Shown here: positions 30,384 through 40,396 of the stretch, piece by piece
Layout of the letters: each line of letters begins with the position of its first letter
Position numbering within the stretch: position 1 is the stretch's first letter
Assembly (NCBI GenBank): GCA_002726495.1
Contig: PBTH01000062.1
Coordinates: forward strand, 9,239 to 73,238
DNA: 64,000 nt
Reading direction: 5' to 3'
Origin: Methanobacteriota archaeon
GTDB taxonomy: Archaea > Thermoplasmatota > Poseidoniia > Poseidoniales > Poseidoniaceae
The notes under the pieces: model-generated
Databases searched by the model: none
What the model was told of the DNA's origin: nothing
Seen by the model: the letters and a program-made list of their open reading frames with translations, nothing else
Made by a program: the position numbers and the translations under genes

Positions 30384-31349
30384 TTATTCGGAAAGGCGAG
30401 TGATCAAGTCTGCCTTCTTTCCAGAGACTGGTTTTCCGGCTGCTTTGAGCAGTTCCTTCAATTCAGCAACGGTCATTTTGCTGTAGTCTGGGGCCTCGGA
30501 GTCATCATCTTCTTCGACGTCAACAACTTCGACTTCTGGAGTTGCTTCGACTTCTGGAGTTGCTTCGACTTCCTTCTCGTTTCCGTCTTCTTCAACCGTG
30601 ACTTCAATTTCATCATCTTCACCGTCGGGTTCTTCGGCCATAGCTGCTGCCAAAGCTGCTGCTTTCTTGGCTTTGAATTCGGCATCGTCTCTTGCTTCCT
30701 TTGCGTGAATCTCGTCCAATGTTGGACCTGATGATGCAACAACACCATCTTGTAGAAGTTGACTCTTGCGAATGGCAACAGAGCGTACGGGGTAGATTGG
30801 CTTGACGCCCTTACGAATTTCCTCTTCAAGAGCACCCTCAAGAATTGCTGTTTGTACTGCTGCATAGGTGTTCTTAGCAGCAAAGGCGATGATGACTTCT
30901 CGCGTTTTGGTGCGCATGTCTTGCTTTACAGACGTCTGAACACGTTGTTGTGTAATGATAAGAGGCTTCATACGAACCAGATAACCATCGGTAGTGACGA
31001 CATCAACGACATCGTCAACCTTACCACGGTATCGGCGGATTTGACGGCGAATGTGGTCGGTTTGGTGATGGTGACCGATAAAGGTCGTAAGAGCGTCTTG
31101 GCCGACACATTCCGTTACTCGGAATCGTAGGATTACGTGCATCTTGGAGAAATCTCCTCCAAATTCTTGTTGAGTCATTTCGTAGACACGACCGATGATA
31201 TGTTCATCGGATTCACCGATTGTTTCCCCAATACGCTTGAAATCCCATGGATGGCGAGGTGCTCGAATCGTGTACCATCGCTTTGTCTTCCACTTGTCAC
31301 GTTGCTTACGTGCTGCTGCACGTGCTTTTGCACTGATTTTCTTTGCCAT
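30384..31349 (-). CDS. rps3ae: 30S ribosomal protein S3Ae (eS1) with acidic linker and C-terminal SAP domain
   Basis: DKWKTKRWYTIRAP, IGRVYE, IYPVRSVAIRKS; tail MTVAELKELLKAAGKPVSGKKADLITRL. Confidence 0.92.
   Translation of the reverse strand: MAKKISAKARAAARKQRDKWKTKRWYTIRAPRHPWDFKRIGETIGESDEHIIGRVYEMTQQEFGGDFSKMHVILRFRVTECVGQDALTTFIGHHHQTDHIRRQIRRYRGKVDDVVDVVTTDGYLVRMKPLIITQQRVQTSVKQDMRTKTREVIIAFAAKNTYAAVQTAILEGALEEEIRKGVKPIYPVRSVAIRKSQLLQDGVVASSGPTLDEIHAKEARDDAEFKAKKAAALAAAMAEEPDGEDDEIEVTVEEDGNEKEVEATPEVEATPEVEVVDVEEDDDSEAPDYSKMTVAELKELLKAAGKPVSGKKADLITRLSE
30527..30572. repeat. 18-bp tandem repeat (about 2.5 copies) encoding EVEATP in the S3Ae linker
   Basis: cttcgacttctggagttg repeated in tandem. 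Confidence 0.8.
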
Positions 31350-31517
31350 ATTGTTCAACTCGGTTCGTGTCTTGCGGGGGCTACCCCACTTGCAGTCCGC
31401 CCACTAACCTCCCCTATTTGAAAGCGCCTCATCACCTCAGCCGCACCATCGGGAGGGAAACGGATGAACCTAACGCCAATTCGGTAACCTCTTGACCTTG
31501 AAAGGAACCCGCTACAT

Positions 31518-31982
31518 GTGGGCCTGCATCATATCACCTGGCGAGGAGCGGCGAGCGCTCTTGATGATGTTGACGCCGTTGCGGATTCATTTGCTTGGCT
31601 GATTGGTGATGAGCAATGGGTTGATGTTGAACGAACACAATCTCACCATGGATCGGAAATGTTTCTCATCAGTGCTCACTGCAAAAAGAAAAGCGCTGCA
31701 CTTGAATCATTTGCAAAGTTGGGAGCAGACAACCTCCAACACCTCTCAACTGAATACGAGAAGCGAATGGATGAACACAATACCTTCCACTTCCGACTGG
31801 ACCTCAACTCGCTTATTGGAGGTAAAATCATCCTATCGGACGCATCCAAGCCCAACACCGTGAAAGGGCAAATAAAAATCGAAGTGTATCCTGGCCAAAC
31901 GATTGAAAATGAATTCATGAGCCTAATCAACGATGCTAAAAACCGGTCAACATCACTCTCCGACTCGCTGGAACATAGCTAA
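31518..31982 (+). CDS. Archaeal RNA-binding protein (COG1325/PH1010-like)
   Basis: QSHHG, KRMDEHNTFHFRLD, KIEVYPG. Confidence 0.65.
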   Translation: MGLHHITWRGAASALDDVDAVADSFAWLIGDEQWVDVERTQSHHGSEMFLISAHCKKKSAALESFAKLGADNLQHLSTEYEKRMDEHNTFHFRLDLNSLIGGKIILSDASKPNTVKGQIKIEVYPGQTIENEFMSLINDAKNRSTSLSDSLEHS

Positions 31983-31993
31983 GGTGGGGCCTC

Positions 31994-34288
31994 ATGGAAA
32001 GAAGAAGTAGGGGCGTGCTTTTTCTTGTACTCCTACTAACTTGCAGCCTCGTTTCACTTCCAGGTGAAGCGGAAAACAATTCATTGGAAGAAATCAATCA
32101 GACTCCGGGTTGCAACGCACACCGTGAAAACTGGACCGTCGGTTTGGTCTTTTGCACCAATGAATCTCAAGCCGGTTATACTCTAGTTTCGCCGTTTCGT
32201 ACTTCAATGGCCTACTTAATTGACCAAGAAGGACGGGAAATAAACACCTGGCAGTCACCAGGAGGCTACACGCCGGGTGCAGCAGCGTACTTGCTAGAAG
32301 ACGGAAGTCTTCTTCGGACCGGTAACATCGGTAATTCATCTGTTGGTAATTTTACAGGTGGAGGAATCGGAGGCAAGTTGGAACGTATCGGATGGGATGG
32401 AACGCTCGAATGGTCGTGGGAATATTCCTCCTACGATGCAATTCTACATCACGATATAGAACCGATGCCAAACGGGAATATTCTCGCTATTGCTTGGGAG
32501 GAAAAAAGTGAACAAGAGGCGATTGAAGCAGGTCGCAATCCTGCAATTGCAAGTGACGGCCCCGGTGGACAGAACAATGTTTGGCCAGACCACATTATTG
32601 AAATCCAACCCGTTGGAACTGACCAAGCAAACATCGTGTGGGAATGGCATGCTTGGGACCACTTGATTCAGGATTATGACGCCACCAAGAATAATTTTGG
32701 AATCGTTGAGGACCATCCCGAATTGCTAAACATCAACTATGTAACTCAAACAGGAAACCAAGCTGGGAGAGCAGACTGGATGCACTGCAATGGAATTGAC
32801 TACAACGAACAATTGGACCAAATTCTTCTGTCGTGCAAGGGAATGGATGAAATTTACATCATCGATCACAGCACGACCACTGGAGAAGCTGCTGGGCACT
32901 CTGGAGGAACGTACGGAAAAGGTGGGGATTTCCTCTACAGATGGGGCAATCCACAAGTCTACAAAAAAGGACTTTCAAGCAATCAACAACTGTTCGGCCA
33001 GCATGATGCTCAATGGATCGTGGACGGCCACCCCGATGCCGGTAAATTGATTGTATTCAACAACGGCGCTGGTAGACAAACACCCCACTCCAGCGTTGAG
33101 ATTCTCGATACGGGTGTTGAGGACGGCACCTATCCAATCCTTGCAAACGGAACGTTTAGTCCTGGCCATCCAACATGGTCTTGGAGTGAGGAAGGGATGT
33201 ATGCATCCATTGTTTCAGGAGCGCAGAGCTTGTCTAATGGAAACATTGTGGTCTCTATTGGCACCGTTGGCACTTTACACGAAATCACATCAACAGGTGA
33301 ATTGGTTTGGACGTACATCAACCCCATTGCAAACAATGCCACCCACCCTCAATCCGAGCCATTGTTACCGGGAAATATTGCAGGTACAACCAACAACATG
33401 TTGTTCAAAAGCCAGCGTTACGAAGCAAATTTTGCAGGTTTTGTTGGAAAGGACCTCACGCCCGGTGCATATCTTGAGCAATGGACGGATTTATGCCCGC
33501 AAGAATCTGCTTGGAAGTGGGATTCGGACGGTGATGGTTGTATTGATGACAGCGATGGAGACGGAGTTAACGACCCATACGACCGATGTGTAGTTGGTGA
33601 TGATAGTGTTGATGTTGATCAGGATTCAACTCCTGATGCTTGCGATTCATTTGTAGATTCAGACGCAGATGGCATAGAAGACCTTGCTGACCTCTGCCAG
33701 GGCCACTCGGACTCAATTGACATTGACAATGACAGAATTCCAGATGGCTGCGATGAACTCATTGATTCTGATTTAGATGGAGTTGCTGATAGCCTTGACC
33801 AGTGCCCTGGACATGACGATGAAATGGATGCAGATGGTGATGGTATTGCGAACGGTTGTGATGAGACTCCTTTCGCAACAAGCCTCGAGACTGAACATGA
33901 ATCCCAAAACATAACCACTGGACACACCGAGAAGGACAATGATGATACTGTATTGAATACAGAATCCTCTGAAGGCGACCGTGGAGGGGTTTCAATGTTG
34001 ACATTGCTCGGTTATGTGCTGATGCTACTTGGTTTGTGGCTGTTTATCTATCTTGCAATGGTCGCAGTTGGTAAGGGAAATTCATCTCAGCCAAACTTGA
34101 CATTCCAGGATGAGTTTGCACCAAATCAAGAGATTGTGAAACATGTTCCGGCTGTTGACCAGTCGCCGAGTTACGACAGCCCTCTCCCACCGCCCCTGCC
34201 CGCTACAGGCCTGCCAGATGGCTGGACTATGGAACAATGGAATTATTACGGAAATCAATGGCTTGAGCAAAATGAACGACGAGGATAA
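31994..34288 (+). CDS. Aryl-sulfate sulfotransferase-like protein with TSP3 repeats and membrane anchor
   Basis: HHDIEPMPNGN, DWMHCNGIDY, LYRWGNP, QHDAQW; DxDGDG repeats; TM helix; PPLPATGLPDGWTMEQW tail. Confidence 0.8.
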   Translation: MERRSRGVLFLVLLLTCSLVSLPGEAENNSLEEINQTPGCNAHRENWTVGLVFCTNESQAGYTLVSPFRTSMAYLIDQEGREINTWQSPGGYTPGAAAYLLEDGSLLRTGNIGNSSVGNFTGGGIGGKLERIGWDGTLEWSWEYSSYDAILHHDIEPMPNGNILAIAWEEKSEQEAIEAGRNPAIASDGPGGQNNVWPDHIIEIQPVGTDQANIVWEWHAWDHLIQDYDATKNNFGIVEDHPELLNINYVTQTGNQAGRADWMHCNGIDYNEQLDQILLSCKGMDEIYIIDHSTTTGEAAGHSGGTYGKGGDFLYRWGNPQVYKKGLSSNQQLFGQHDAQWIVDGHPDAGKLIVFNNGAGRQTPHSSVEILDTGVEDGTYPILANGTFSPGHPTWSWSEEGMYASIVSGAQSLSNGNIVVSIGTVGTLHEITSTGELVWTYINPIANNATHPQSEPLLPGNIAGTTNNMLFKSQRYEANFAGFVGKDLTPGAYLEQWTDLCPQESAWKWDSDGDGCIDDSDGDGVNDPYDRCVVGDDSVDVDQDSTPDACDSFVDSDADGIEDLADLCQGHSDSIDIDNDRIPDGCDELIDSDLDGVADSLDQCPGHDDEMDADGDGIANGCDETPFATSLETEHESQNITTGHTEKDNDDTVLNTESSEGDRGGVSMLTLLGYVLMLLGLWLFIYLAMVAVGKGNSSQPNLTFQDEFAPNQEIVKHVPAVDQSPSYDSPLPPPLPATGLPDGWTMEQWNYYGNQWLEQNERRG

Positions 34289-34371
34289 TTAATTTCGCAT
34301 CTCCTAAAAAAATCAATTGTTGGTACAAGAAATTAAGTATAGAACACCTTAGCGAGATGTGAGGATTACCC

Positions 34372-34647
34372 ATGCCACATATCGTAACAACAGCCTGCGT
34401 TGACCACAAATATCAGGAATGCGTTGCCGTTTGCCCCGTAGAAGCGTTCAGAGAAGCCGACACATACCTCGTCATAGATCCTGACGAATGCATTGATTGT
34501 GGCGCATGCATTCCAGAATGTCCTGTCGATGCGATATTTGCTGATACTGATATCCCAGAAGAGGAAGAGCACTGGATTGACCGTAATGCAGACGAATCAG
34601 AGGATGCTGAGGTCGCAGAAGGTGATTCGCCAGTTCTTGCTGATTGA
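34372..34647 (+). CDS. fdxA: Ferredoxin (FdxA/7Fe-type)
   Basis: [26 protein letters not shown]. Confidence 0.85.
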   Translation: MPHIVTTACVDHKYQECVAVCPVEAFREADTYLVIDPDECIDCGACIPECPVDAIFADTDIPEEEEHWIDRNADESEDAEVAEGDSPVLAD

Positions 34648-34715
34648 ACCAACAACCGTTGCGGACAAGAACCAAGCGTCATAAAGGTCATCGTTTTCCA
34701 CGGTCTGTGAGCCAG

Positions 34716-35705
34716 ATGAAAACGGATTTCTCAACCCTAAGAAAAGGCAGTGAATTACTCAAGCGAGGATTCGCTCGAATGCAGCAGGGCGGGGTCATCA
34801 TGGATGTCGTCAACGCTGAACAAGCTGCAGTAGCAGAAGACTCTGGAGCGGTTGCTGTGATGGCTTTGGAACGAGTTCCTGCCGATATTAGAAAAGCCGG
34901 TGGGGTCGCAAGAATGAGCCACCCCGATATGATTCAAGGCATTCTTGATTGCACATCCATTCCCGTTATGGCCAAATCACGAATCGGACACGAAGGCGAA
35001 GCAAGAATTCTTGAAGCAATGGGAGTCGACATGGTTGATGAAAGCGAAGTTCTTACTCCCGCAGACCCTTACTTTCACATCAACAAGCACACTTACGACA
35101 TTCCATTTGTCTGTGGAGCCACCGGTCTTGGAGAAGCAACTCGCAGAATCTGGGAAGGCGCTGCAATGATTCGTACCAAAGGAGAAGCAGGAACTGGGAA
35201 TGTGGTTGCAGCAGTAACGCATGCTCGCCTAATCGACCAAGAAATACGACAAATTCAATCACTTGACAGCAAAGGTCTTGACGCTGCCACTGAAGCCATC
35301 ATTCAACGTTACAAAGTTCTCTCGGACCACTCCGATTTGCCAGGGATACATGCGCAAACGCCATTCGGACCAATCGATTCGGAAATGCACGATGGGATTC
35401 GTAGTGTCTTGGATGATGTTCAACGATTGGGCCGTCTTCCTGTAGTGACATTTTCTGCAGGTGGAATCGCTACGCCAGCTGATGCATCACTCATGATGCG
35501 GATGGGTATGGACGGTATCTTTGTGGGATCGGGAATTTTCAAATCAACTGATCCAAAAACCATGGCTGATGCGATTGTTATGGCAACGGCTCACTATGAT
35601 GATGCTACAAAAGTCGCCGAAGCCATGGCCATGATGGCCGGTGAACCAATGAAAGGAGACGAACTTGAAACATTGGAAGTTCGCCTGGACCAGCGCGGTT
35701 GGTAA
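34716..35705 (+). CDS. pdxS: Pyridoxal 5'-phosphate synthase lyase subunit
   Basis: [38 protein letters not shown]. Confidence 0.95.
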   Translation: MKTDFSTLRKGSELLKRGFARMQQGGVIMDVVNAEQAAVAEDSGAVAVMALERVPADIRKAGGVARMSHPDMIQGILDCTSIPVMAKSRIGHEGEARILEAMGVDMVDESEVLTPADPYFHINKHTYDIPFVCGATGLGEATRRIWEGAAMIRTKGEAGTGNVVAAVTHARLIDQEIRQIQSLDSKGLDAATEAIIQRYKVLSDHSDLPGIHAQTPFGPIDSEMHDGIRSVLDDVQRLGRLPVVTFSAGGIATPADASLMMRMGMDGIFVGSGIFKSTDPKTMADAIVMATAHYDDATKVAEAMAMMAGEPMKGDELETLEVRLDQRGW

Positions 35706-35706
35706 T

Positions 35707-35946
35707 TCAACTCAGTGGATCGGAAACGCCTTGTTCACCAAGCGTCCACTTAAGGGTCTTAACAACACCTTGCAATGCCTTGTGATTTCGAGCGGCTTCC
35801 TTCATCCCATCTTTGTCCTGATTGGACTTGCATTCTTCATACCACTCCTTCCATTGAATCATTTTGACGGTGGCTTTGTCAAGCATGACCTCAATCTCTT
35901 CCCAAGTTCGGTCATAACTTCTCACGGGTTCAGCGTCTTTAGCCAT
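35707..35946 (-). CDS. Small helical hypothetical protein
   Basis: 79-aa ORF; ARNHKALQGVVKTLKWTLG..DPL; co-oriented with the upstream gene. Confidence 0.6.
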   Translation of the reverse strand: MAKDAEPVRSYDRTWEEIEVMLDKATVKMIQWKEWYEECKSNQDKDGMKEAARNHKALQGVVKTLKWTLGEQGVSDPLS

Positions 35947-36000
35947 AGGAAACAGAACCTTCGGCACTTGGGTCCTATTTAGGCCCTATGCCGTCAAAAG

Positions 36001-37068
36001 TCACTCGGGACGAGGGATGAGTTCAGATTCCAAAACCGAACCTGATTCAATCACTTGATGGTCGCCAATGACGCAATCCGTGAGCACAGCGCCAGCCAGA
36101 ATGTTGACATCACGACCAAGTATTGAACCGCTTATTCTTGCATCTGCTGCAACTCGACATCCATCCATCAACAACGAACCTGATATTGTTGCTGAAGATT
36201 CAACAATGCAGCCTTTGGAAACAACCGATGAAGATGTATCTCCGTTCACCATTGCATCATCTAAAATGAATCCATCATTACCAACCCATGACCCTTTCGG
36301 CAGCGAAAATGGAAGTTCCTTTACCTGCTCAAGCAGCGTTTTTTGAGCACGAAGCAGTTCCCTGGGATGCCCAACATCAAACCAAACACCATTGATTGTT
36401 TCCGCATACATTGGCCAACCCCGTTCAAGAACCAAAGGGAACAACTGTTTGCTAAAATCAAACTTTTCATGTTCCGGTATCAAATCAATGACCTCGGGTT
36501 CAATAATGTAGAGTCCAGCATTAATCACGTTGCTAAAGGCTTCATCTGGAGTTGGCTTTTCCTTAAATTTCCGAATATATCCAGATCGAAGCGAACCGTC
36601 AACTTCACCGTCTTGGGTTGATGACAATCCTACAATACCAAATTCGGAGGGATTTTCTACTTCCCAGAGGGCCATGGTTACTTTTGCATTGTTTGAACGA
36701 TGTTGTTGCAAAAGGCGATTGATGTCAAACGATGCTACTGAATCACCCGAACCAACCACACATGTTGTTTTAATTTGTTCTCGAAGCAAGCCGACACTAC
36801 CCGCCGTCCCCATTGGAGTTGCTTCCTGATTTACGGAAGCTTGTATACCTCCAACAGTTGATTGATTCCATGTAGAAACATGGTCTTTCAATTGCTCACC
36901 ACGATATCCGGTGGTCACAATAATTTCATTGATTCCAGCATTTTCCATCGCTTCTTTGACAAAGTCAATGACGGGTCTTCCAAGAACTTCCACCATAGGC
37001 TTGGGGCGGGTCAATGTTAGAGGCCGTAGACGCGAACCCTGGCCACCTGCCATGATGATTCCAAGCAT
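36001..37068 (-). CDS. Nucleoside-diphosphate-sugar pyrophosphorylase (GMP-PP/GlmU-like)
   Basis: MAGGQGSRLRPLT..RPKPM, GTAGSV, FKEKP, WFDVG; C-terminal left-handed beta-helix. Confidence 0.88.
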   Translation of the reverse strand: MLGIIMAGGQGSRLRPLTLTRPKPMVEVLGRPVIDFVKEAMENAGINEIIVTTGYRGEQLKDHVSTWNQSTVGGIQASVNQEATPMGTAGSVGLLREQIKTTCVVGSGDSVASFDINRLLQQHRSNNAKVTMALWEVENPSEFGIVGLSSTQDGEVDGSLRSGYIRKFKEKPTPDEAFSNVINAGLYIIEPEVIDLIPEHEKFDFSKQLFPLVLERGWPMYAETINGVWFDVGHPRELLRAQKTLLEQVKELPFSLPKGSWVGNDGFILDDAMVNGDTSSSVVSKGCIVESSATISGSLLMDGCRVAADARISGSILGRDVNILAGAVLTDCVIGDHQVIESGSVLESELIPRPE

Positions 37069-37080
37069 AGTAATGCCACC

Positions 37081-38079
37081 TCATCGGCGACGGATGGGTC
37101 CAAGTCGTTGCATGTTCTTCTTTTTTGATGAACTGTTGTTACGAGATGAGGAGGCTGTATCGCTCTTACCAAGCCCACCGAACATAAGTTCACCATCTTT
37201 GAGCAAAGATTGAACCAAACTTTCGGCAACTTCATCCGATTCAGCACCTGTCTTCATCTCAGCCTTAACCGCATTGTTGTGGTCAGACATCCATGATTTA
37301 CGCTCTTCAACAGCCAAATTGAGTTGTTCCCTTGCTTTGTTAACATCCACCATAAGTTCCTCAATCTTAGCGTGAATGTTGTTCGCCTTTTCGTGAGATT
37401 CTACAGATTCGAGGTGATGACGGTCTCCTTCAGCTTTGAGAAAATTGCGATGATCAAGACCTTCTTTATACTCAGCCCACTTTTCATCAGCACGCTTGAG
37501 AGCTTCTACAAACATCTTGTGTGCATCATCAGCTTCGGATTTGAGTGTACTGATTGCCTCATCAAGGTTTGAGAGGTCAACACTGACCATTTCAAACTTG
37601 ACGACTTCAGGCTCAAGCTCTCCTACACGACGCTTCATTCTCTTGATTCTCTCCATCGTTTCCTTCTCTTTTTTAGTGCTTGAGGAGGTCGTTTGGAATT
37701 TATCTTCAAGAGTCTTAATTTCATTCATCAGATGGGAAAATTCTGCTGTTGCAGATTTCTTTTCTCCTTTTTCATTCCGACGACCTTTGGCTTGACCGAT
37801 GAGTTCACGAAGTTGGGCTTGAATGGTGTCACGCTTTGCTTTGTGAAGATTGCGCTCCCCATGTATGGCGTCAAGCTCAGCCTTCATGAGGTCAAGTTTT
37901 TTCTTATGTTCACGATATTGTTCCTGAACTGCATTTCGCTTTTGAGCGATCGCTTTTCCCTGTTCGCGATAAGAATTTCTATTCTCACGCATCTTTCGAA
38001 CCTTACTCTCCATTGATTGGAGTTGTTCACGAAGTTCCGAATCAGGGTTGTTCTTAGCCTCATCTCTCTGGCCGCGCAT
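37081..38079 (-). CDS. Archaeal coiled-coil protein (COG1340-like)
   Basis: Long K/E/R heptads; LEDKFQTT..KKEKETMERI, EADDAH..F and EGDRHH patterns. Confidence 0.65.
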   Translation of the reverse strand: MRGQRDEAKNNPDSELREQLQSMESKVRKMRENRNSYREQGKAIAQKRNAVQEQYREHKKKLDLMKAELDAIHGERNLHKAKRDTIQAQLRELIGQAKGRRNEKGEKKSATAEFSHLMNEIKTLEDKFQTTSSSTKKEKETMERIKRMKRRVGELEPEVVKFEMVSVDLSNLDEAISTLKSEADDAHKMFVEALKRADEKWAEYKEGLDHRNFLKAEGDRHHLESVESHEKANNIHAKIEELMVDVNKAREQLNLAVEERKSWMSDHNNAVKAEMKTGAESDEVAESLVQSLLKDGELMFGGLGKSDTASSSRNNSSSKKKNMQRLGPIRRR

Positions 38080-38138
38080 GACCTGTCCACTTGGTCGTGC
38101 ATTTCAAGTCTATGGATTGACCGAAGTATGAGCAATCT

Positions 38139-39674
38139 CTACAATGAGCCGCCGAAGATGTTGTAAATCATCAGCAAAAATGAAGCAGACAAGCCAATTC
38201 CACCAAAAATATATGCAACAAAAGACCCTGTTGTTCGTAGCCATTGGCGGAATTCAGAACGAACTCGGACATTGATTTGACGGCCAAGCAATAATTCCCC
38301 ATTTGTTTCCTCAAGACGAACTGAGACCGTTGCATCGCCATGGGTGATTGGAATCAGTGTCTGCCAGGAAACAGTGCTGTCTTTTAGGAGGCCAGACATC
38401 TTCCCTAGAACATCCTCGTTTCCCTTGGCTGCAAGCGGAAGTGCTTCGTTTGACCACCAGTATTTCTGGCCAGGTTCAAGCCGATATGTGAGTGCGAGGT
38501 CCTTTGGTTGGAAATTCGGTGTTTGAATCCGGAATACCACCGTTCGCGTCTCCTTAGAAAGATTGTGAAACAATGTAAACAAGTTCGCTTTATCAGTCAC
38601 TACATTTTCCATATCAACTTCAAAGATTAAATCATCCATGGCGGGAGAACGACCGGATTCAAGATCTTGCTTCAAACGGTCAACCATTCTAAAGAAGGCG
38701 GGGCATGTTTGAGAAATGATTCCAATGAGTACAAGCCACACCTCAAGCGTGAACACCTCATGTGAAAATACAAAATCCATGCCATTCTTGTTTAGAATTT
38801 CGGCTAATTCCGATTCCAACGTCTTCCGGTCAAGACCGGTTGCATGGCGATAAATGGTCATAAGGAATTTTTCATGAGCAAAATGTGAGTCGATTGTTTT
38901 CTTAAATCCGGATTCTAATTCCTTAAGATAATCATCGTACTGAGACCTTAGGAGAGGGTCCATATGGGTTTTAAGAAGGTCATTGAAGACCATGTTCAAC
39001 GTCGATGGATGCACCGGTGGTGAATAGGCAGACAAAAGCCCCGTTCTGTCAACCATATTAAACGGAGTAGAGCGAGTAGGCAGATGCTGCCCTACAGAGA
39101 GAATCAAGAAAGAAGAAGATGCCAACAAGAATAATTTACCAAGAACAGAATCGGTTTCCAAATAAAGTACTATGAGCAACATGAAAGCCGACGATACTGC
39201 AAAGATCAACGACCTCGTATGGTGTGTCATCGAACTTTCAAGTTGGAACAGAAGCCCATCATAGCCATGAAGCGATTGAACCGAACGATGCTCATTGTTC
39301 GATGCTTCGACTTGTTTATGGAATTCAATAAGAGAGATCCCTACTCTGTATCGGTGAAAGCCGACTGCAAGAATGAAACCAAGTACTACCACGAATGACA
39401 AACTCGCCATAGCTGTGGAGAAACTCAAGCCCACATTGGGTTCAATATTTTTGGCCCACCACGAAGGGGAATCTTGAGAAAAGGCCCACGTAGCGAAATA
39501 TGTGAAGGCAGCAAATGCTGGAAGGAACATAATCAGTCGGAGTCCGGAACTGACGATTTGCCGGTCAATAGCATGGATAATTGATTCAGAAGGACGGAAC
39601 CCAAATCGGCTCTTTGATTCACTAGAGTCTTCTGGCTCCGAGGAGGAATCCAAGACTTCATCTACCTCTGCCAT
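38139..39674 (-). CDS. Multi-pass membrane hypothetical protein
   Basis: About 4 N-terminal TM helices, a soluble domain and a C-terminal TM helix. Confidence 0.6.
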   Translation of the reverse strand: MAEVDEVLDSSSEPEDSSESKSRFGFRPSESIIHAIDRQIVSSGLRLIMFLPAFAAFTYFATWAFSQDSPSWWAKNIEPNVGLSFSTAMASLSFVVVLGFILAVGFHRYRVGISLIEFHKQVEASNNEHRSVQSLHGYDGLLFQLESSMTHHTRSLIFAVSSAFMLLIVLYLETDSVLGKLFLLASSSFLILSVGQHLPTRSTPFNMVDRTGLLSAYSPPVHPSTLNMVFNDLLKTHMDPLLRSQYDDYLKELESGFKKTIDSHFAHEKFLMTIYRHATGLDRKTLESELAEILNKNGMDFVFSHEVFTLEVWLVLIGIISQTCPAFFRMVDRLKQDLESGRSPAMDDLIFEVDMENVVTDKANLFTLFHNLSKETRTVVFRIQTPNFQPKDLALTYRLEPGQKYWWSNEALPLAAKGNEDVLGKMSGLLKDSTVSWQTLIPITHGDATVSVRLEETNGELLLGRQINVRVRSEFRQWLRTTGSFVAYIFGGIGLSASFLLMIYNIFGGSL

Positions 39675-39713
39675 GACAACTGATGGTCAAGCCCTGTTCT
39701 AAAGTGTTCACAC

Positions 39714-40376
39714 CTATTCGGTTGATAATTGAACGAAAATTGCCGATGCCCATTCCTCCGAAACCAAAAGTTCTCGGTCATCAATGAAGAATCGCCCGCT
39801 GTAATCACGCCGTACTTCTGAACCGATGGAAAGGCCGTTCGCTTCAAATCCATCAACGATCTTCTGTGGCAGAAGGATGGTCATGACTGAACCCCTCTTA
39901 TTATCCCCCATACCTTGAAGTGAAACTGCCCCTAAATTCCCCGAAATACGCTGTTCTATATCTTCAGTAGGAGCGGGAATTGGCCTCCCACTTGGGTCCT
40001 CAGTCACCCCGCCCATCAATAGGGATAGAGCTACTTCCAAATCATCATCTATTGCATGTTCGAGCCTGCATGCTGTTTCATGAGCATTACCGTTGTATGG
40101 TAGGACCTCAAGAAGAAGTTCAGCAAGACGATGGCGTCGCTTCATTTTCTGACCATGAGTCAATCCATCCTCGGTCAAAATTGCCCCTTTGTATGGAATG
40201 TATTCAATAAAACCCCTTGCAGCGAGACGTTGAATCATTTCCGTTGCGGAAGCTGGTGCAACACCAAGTCGCGATGCGAGATCACCAGTGCGAACCCTTT
40301 GATTCGGATCCTGCTCATAGAATTCATACATCGTTTCAAGGTATTCATCCTCAAACTCCTGGAAATGGCCAACCAT
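39714..40376 (-). CDS. DtxR/MntR-family metal-dependent transcriptional regulator
   Basis: EDEYLE, LGVAPASATEM, RRHRLAE, ACRLEH, DPSGRPIP. Confidence 0.9.
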   Translation of the reverse strand: MVGHFQEFEDEYLETMYEFYEQDPNQRVRTGDLASRLGVAPASATEMIQRLAARGFIEYIPYKGAILTEDGLTHGQKMKRRHRLAELLLEVLPYNGNAHETACRLEHAIDDDLEVALSLLMGGVTEDPSGRPIPAPTEDIEQRISGNLGAVSLQGMGDNKRGSVMTILLPQKIVDGFEANGLSIGSEVRRDYSGRFFIDDRELLVSEEWASAIFVQLSTE

Positions 40377-40396
40377 ATGAATACGCCTCGGGTTTA

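Noticed and set aside
31360-31400. GGGG-cta-CCCC hairpin in the rps3ae leader
   Set aside because: Too short to distinguish from chance without comparative data
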